A DNA stretch of 57,795 bases from a virus (taxonomy: Duplodnaviria; Caudoviricetes), in IMG/VR virus record IMGVR_UViG_3300005512_000039, positions 1-57,795 of that record, one strand, 5' to 3'. The notes beneath the pieces were generated by a model, which was given only the letters and a program-made list of their open reading frames with translations, did no database searches and was not told the DNA's origin. Shown here piece by piece: positions 54,430 through 57,795 of this stretch. Position 1 is the stretch's first letter; each line of letters opens with the position of its first letter. A program made the position numbers and the translations under genes.

Positions 54430-54985
54430 AACCTTCCTTTATCTCTTCTAGGGCTTTCAATACATCTTCTTTAGACATCGAATCAATAGAACCATGTCTG
54501 ATTTCAGATTTGTTGATATATATGTCTCCGTGGGCCTGGCCACGTCGGTACTCAGCCTGAACGGCAGCGGAATACGCCCCGTTTTCCAAGGCTCGATCTC
54601 GGATAATCTGCAGATCCCTTATGTGGCGCTTGTAATCAATACCATATTTGTGATCAAGCTCGTCCCGATAAGCTTTGATATGCCTAACGACATGCGGACA
54701 AATCTGAGGATTAGTCAGTTCATATGCTCTTTGGTGCGCCGATCCTGCCGAATATCCCGCATTGATCGCAGCCTGACGTAATGTTATTTGCCCATCCTTA
54801 GTCACTAACTCTTTGACAAACAATTCTTGTTTTCTAGTCAAGGGTTGTTCTTTCAAAGCCTTGTTCCGTTTAGGAAGGTTCCTAATCGTTTTCTCTTTGA
54901 TCCTAGATATTTTTTTACTTTCTAATTTTTTATGTTCTTTATTGTAAGCGGCCAAGGCTGCTCTTAAGTCACTGGTTGTGGGCAT
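54290..54985 (-). CDS. terS: terminase small subunit (start corrected to MPTTSD)
   Basis: LTRKQELFV...QAAINAGYS HTH, SAAVQAEYRRG; upstream of terL. Confidence 0.85.
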   Translation of the reverse strand: MPTTSDLRAALAAYNKEHKKLESKKISRIKEKTIRNLPKRNKALKEQPLTRKQELFVKELVTKDGQITLRQAAINAGYSAGSAHQRAYELTNPQICPHVVRHIKAYRDELDHKYGIDYKRHIRDLQIIRDRALENGAYSAAVQAEYRRGQAHGDIYINKSEIRHGSIDSMSKEDVLKALEEIKEGYAPITIDVTPEREADSEDSPEEGERSVENDEDSLGEEQEEDRTHTP

Positions 54986-55335
54986 TCTTTTCTCTATTAA
55001 TTGATATGGGAATATATGCGCTAAATTATAAAATTTATAAATTTTTTTGCAAGTAAAACATGATATGAAATTTTTGACAAATATTCGTGAAAAACATGGC
55101 CCTTGCACCCGGTGACAGCGACGTGGGTCTGTGGGCATGGTGCAGCGCAACACGAATCGCGGATATCGAGCAGATGACCCGATAAACAGGGGCCCCGAGC
55201 GATTTTGCATTGCCATATGACCGCTGCCGATTCGATCCACGGCCCGCGAAAAATGGCCCGTGCTCTAGGATGAACTAGGAAGCGCGCCACGGCACGCAAA
55301 CGATTGCGGATATGGTTACCTAGTACGGATCGATT

Positions 55336-55392
55336 TAAACGGGCCACGGGCCACGGGCCACGGCTTACGGTACGTTTGAGACGGGCCACGGG
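55336..55392 (-). repeat. tandem heptamer array, inverted orientation
   Basis: minus strand CCGTGGC CCGTCTC AAACGTA CCGTAAG CCGTGGC CCGTGGC CCGTGGC CCGTTTA. Confidence 0.9.
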
Positions 55393-55514
55393 TGGCGGGT
55401 GGGGCTTTGTTTCACTATCAAAAAAGTTTGTTAAAAAATAACAAACGTTTGTTTGTTAGTCTTAATTAACTTAATTAAGTGGACGGGATCGGGCCGGATC
55501 CGGAAACACCAAAC

Positions 55515-55542
55515 AAAAAAAAGGCCCGCGAAAATGCGGGCC
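55515..55542 (-). terminator. intrinsic terminator
   Basis: GGCCCGC/GCGGGCC stem, T8 on minus strand. Confidence 0.85.
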
Positions 55543-55562
55543 GGAGTGAGTGAGGCGAACGG

Positions 55563-55958
55563 TTATTTATCGACGGCCAGCCGGTACGCCTTGATGATAA
55601 TGTCCGGCCATGTCTTGGTGATTAAATGCAGATTACCGCTATCGGCATGAATTAAAGATTTACCTAAACCCTTAGCGAAATCGCCACAGATACCGCGCTC
55701 TAACGCTTCGGCAATTGTAATCCGGTCGGACATAATAAGCCGGTGCGCTTTTTGTTGTTCGTCGGTTTGGCCCATTGCTAATCGAACCCATGGCATGAGT
55801 TCAATATCTGCTAAACGTGAGCAGAAATTGACGGCCATATTAACCGCGATCATGGCCCCGCTTCGCTCGCTGTCAGGGATACGGTTTACCACGTCCCAAA
55901 TTTCGCTAAACTCTTTCGGCGTAGCGCAGATTTCGTTTTTTTGAATTGGGTTTTTCAT
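55563..55958 (-). CDS. hypothetical early protein
   Basis: 131 aa; FAKGLG..LIHAD..N...TWPD small phage domain. Confidence 0.7.
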   Translation of the reverse strand: MKNPIQKNEICATPKEFSEIWDVVNRIPDSERSGAMIAVNMAVNFCSRLADIELMPWVRLAMGQTDEQQKAHRLIMSDRITIAEALERGICGDFAKGLGKSLIHADSGNLHLITKTWPDIIIKAYRLAVDK

Positions 55959-56389
55959 ACTTCCGCCCCTTTGTATGGTACGGGCTCATACTCAAAAAAA
56001 TAATTGATTGCGGCATCGAGGAAAGAATACGCGCCGCGCTTAATTTCTACCTTTGCCCCGTCGAACCAATCTATAAACCAATATTCAACGCGGTCGGGCC
56101 GAGTCATCTCATCGACATAAATGCGAAACTCATCGGAGGGGCCGCCCCAACTCAACTGCCAACGATAATATCCCTCAGTTTGATCGGTAAATGTGTGAGG
56201 GGCCACATAGTCAAAGCTTAGGCCGTAATTGTCCAATGCTTCTCCGGCCCAATCGCCGGACAATTGGTCATGCAAGACATGAGCGGATCGCTTCGACTCA
56301 TCTAGGTCGTAATATCGGTATATCCCCTCGATATCCGTCGCCCGTTCTTTGAACTTTTCGAAAACCAATTCAATACATCTTTTTTCCAT
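55955..56389 (-). CDS. hypothetical acidic early protein (start corrected to MEKRCI)
   Basis: GGAG RBS; YYRWQLSWGGPSDEFRIY motif. Confidence 0.75.
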   Translation of the reverse strand: MEKRCIELVFEKFKERATDIEGIYRYYDLDESKRSAHVLHDQLSGDWAGEALDNYGLSFDYVAPHTFTDQTEGYYRWQLSWGGPSDEFRIYVDEMTRPDRVEYWFIDWFDGAKVEIKRGAYSFLDAAINYFFEYEPVPYKGAEV

Positions 56390-56473
56390 TTTTAAATTCT
56401 CCATGTAATATTGATAAAATCGCATAGTGCGGTATCTAGTATAAAACCAAAAAGGGAAAACATGCAAGCGCAC

Positions 56474-56498
56474 AAAAAAGGCCCCCAAAATGAGGGCC
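56474..56498 (-). terminator. intrinsic terminator abutting promoter (TTGCAT-N18-TATACT)
   Basis: GGCCC/GGGCC stem, T6, then GTGCGCTTGCAT on minus strand. Confidence 0.7.
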
Positions 56499-56518
56499 GG
56501 ATAGAGAAAAAAAAACGA

Positions 56519-56872
56519 TTAAATACGTTTAATGCTTACCTCTGATAATTTGATTAAATCCGCCAAATAAATTTCGGTTACAGAAATGCCCTCGCGCGTT
56601 AGATAATCCTCAATGCCCTCAGACCAATTATGAGTAAATTCGTTATAAAAAGCGCTGTTGCATGGTGCATTTAACCAATGCTCGAAAGCCTCTTCCGAAC
56701 CAAAAGTCTGTAAAACCCAGTCTAAAAAATCCGATCTATTAAATTCATCGACGATATATAGATAATTTTTAGAATCGTGTTTGACATGCATTAGATATTT
56801 ATCAGAAATAGGCCTTTCGCCATTTTTCCACTCTCCGGCGCAATAGGGGGCATACGATGTTGGATAACTCAT
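56519..56872 (-). CDS. hypothetical early protein (start corrected to MSYPTS)
   Basis: ACACGGAGA RBS. Confidence 0.7.
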   Translation of the reverse strand: MSYPTSYAPYCAGEWKNGERPISDKYLMHVKHDSKNYLYIVDEFNRSDFLDWVLQTFGSEEAFEHWLNAPCNSAFYNEFTHNWSEGIEDYLTREGISVTEIYLADLIKLSEVSIKRI

Positions 56873-56955
56873 TTTTTTAATCTCCGTGTTAGTTGATTTT
56901 TTCCCATACGGGAAACCCGATATTATCACGGGTTTATTTTTAATATCAAGCGCAC

Positions 56956-56981
56956 AAAAAAAAGGCCCCCAAGTGGGGGCC
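56956..56981 (-). terminator. intrinsic terminator abutting promoter (TTGATA-N16-GATAAT)
   Basis: GGCCCCCA/TGGGGGCC stem, T8, then GTGCGCTTGATA on minus strand. Confidence 0.8.
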
Positions 56982-57004
56982 AAAGGTACTACACGGAAAA
57001 ATAA

Positions 57005-57628
57005 CTACGCGGCTTTTTTCAACGGTTGATCGGATATCCAACTATCAAAATCAAAAATATGTTTTGATTTATCGTCGGCCCTATAGGGCATTACTACCCC
57101 AACGAAATTTGAATCATCGGCGGCTGTAACCGCGTTAGCTCCGGAACCATTTTGATTCAAGGACAACGAAAGACTATCATTTTTTAACCATTTACTCATA
57201 CGATAACAATCAAAAACCTCTTTTAATAATCTCGGATCAATATGAGACGGTTTACCGCTTAAATCTTTAATTTGATGCAATAGCTTACGCCAGTCGGGAT
57301 ATCGAGCGTCGGTGGAAAAGGTAGTTTGAAGTGTATTATCAAACAAAGTCATATTACCCCCGTCACTAACACTAAACTCCACCAGTTCTACCGGCGATTT
57401 AGAAAAAACGTTTAATGCTTCCCTAGAGATCAAATATTGACCAGTCTTAATATCGTCAGAATCATACATCTCATGCTTAAATAAACAGGCTTTATGCCCG
57501 TCACTTGCGACATAAAAAGTTTGAGCATCAGTTATTTCAACTAACACATGATTTAAAGCATTTCGAATATCTTTTTTAGGTGCAATGTATTTAATTAATG
57601 CTTTCAAAGTTTGTAAATGAAGTTTCAT
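57005..57628 (-). CDS. DNA polymerase III beta-clamp-like protein (partial, two-domain size)
   Basis: DIRNALNHVLV...VASDGHK, RYPDWRKL, GVVMPYR resemble DnaN central and C-terminal motifs. Confidence 0.7.
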   Translation of the reverse strand: MKLHLQTLKALIKYIAPKKDIRNALNHVLVEITDAQTFYVASDGHKACLFKHEMYDSDDIKTGQYLISREALNVFSKSPVELVEFSVSDGGNMTLFDNTLQTTFSTDARYPDWRKLLHQIKDLSGKPSHIDPRLLKEVFDCYRMSKWLKNDSLSLSLNQNGSGANAVTAADDSNFVGVVMPYRADDKSKHIFDFDSWISDQPLKKAA

Positions 57629-57629
57629 G

Positions 57630-57795
57630 TTAAATCTCCGTGTTTTAGGGCCTATCCCCTGACCCTGAATTGATAAGGGATATTGACATCATTGCATATC
57701 TAAATCTAAAACACAATAGAAATTTCTAAAAATTCTATCTCCGACGGCGGCGGGGCACTTTTCTCTGCCGACTGCGCTCGACGGCCTCTTCGCCA
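57630..57795. repeat. ~165-bp direct repeat, copy 2 (runs off window end)
   Basis: matches 262-426. Confidence 0.95.

Noticed and set aside
9747-54781. Many plus-strand ORFs antisense to replication and structural genes
   Set aside because: Shadow ORFs of well-supported minus-strand genes, with no RBS or motifs
54986-55389. ORF-track ORFs 55021-55389 and the long N-terminal extension of terS
   Set aside because: No RBS, translations mirror the heptamer repeats, and TerS similarity starts downstream of 54985

Overview
The window looks like an essentially complete ~57.5-kb genome of a podovirus-like dsDNA phage, probably from an aquatic proteobacterial host. Its gene set resembles the marine HTVC023P-like group, which is an unverified impression. 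Almost all genes are on the minus strand. The modules are: small early ORFs (55.5 kb wrapping to 3.6 kb), an accessory operon (xseB, a DUF4338/DruA-like gene, endonuclease VII, cysD, cysN), replication genes (family-A polymerase, UvrD helicase, AEP primase, SSB-like protein, SNF2 helicase), ejection/tail/head genes, lysis genes, portal and terminase. No integrase, tRNA or CRISPR array was recognised. The strongest candidate new system is a complete, split sulfation pathway. CysD and CysN would make APS, and a cassette inside the tail module encodes an APS kinase, a sulfotransferase and two 2OG-Fe(II) hydroxylases, with no reductive cys genes. Notable non-coding signals are: a glnA-type glutamine riboswitch in front of an unannotated 35-aa peptide; a perfect chromosomal parS site with no phage parB; a genome-wide 7-bp-periodic CCGYG motif whose strand flips near an origin-like element and near the terminase; and a 62-bp direct repeat bracketing the DUF4338 gene. 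All protein calls come from motif recognition by eye, and no database searches were run.
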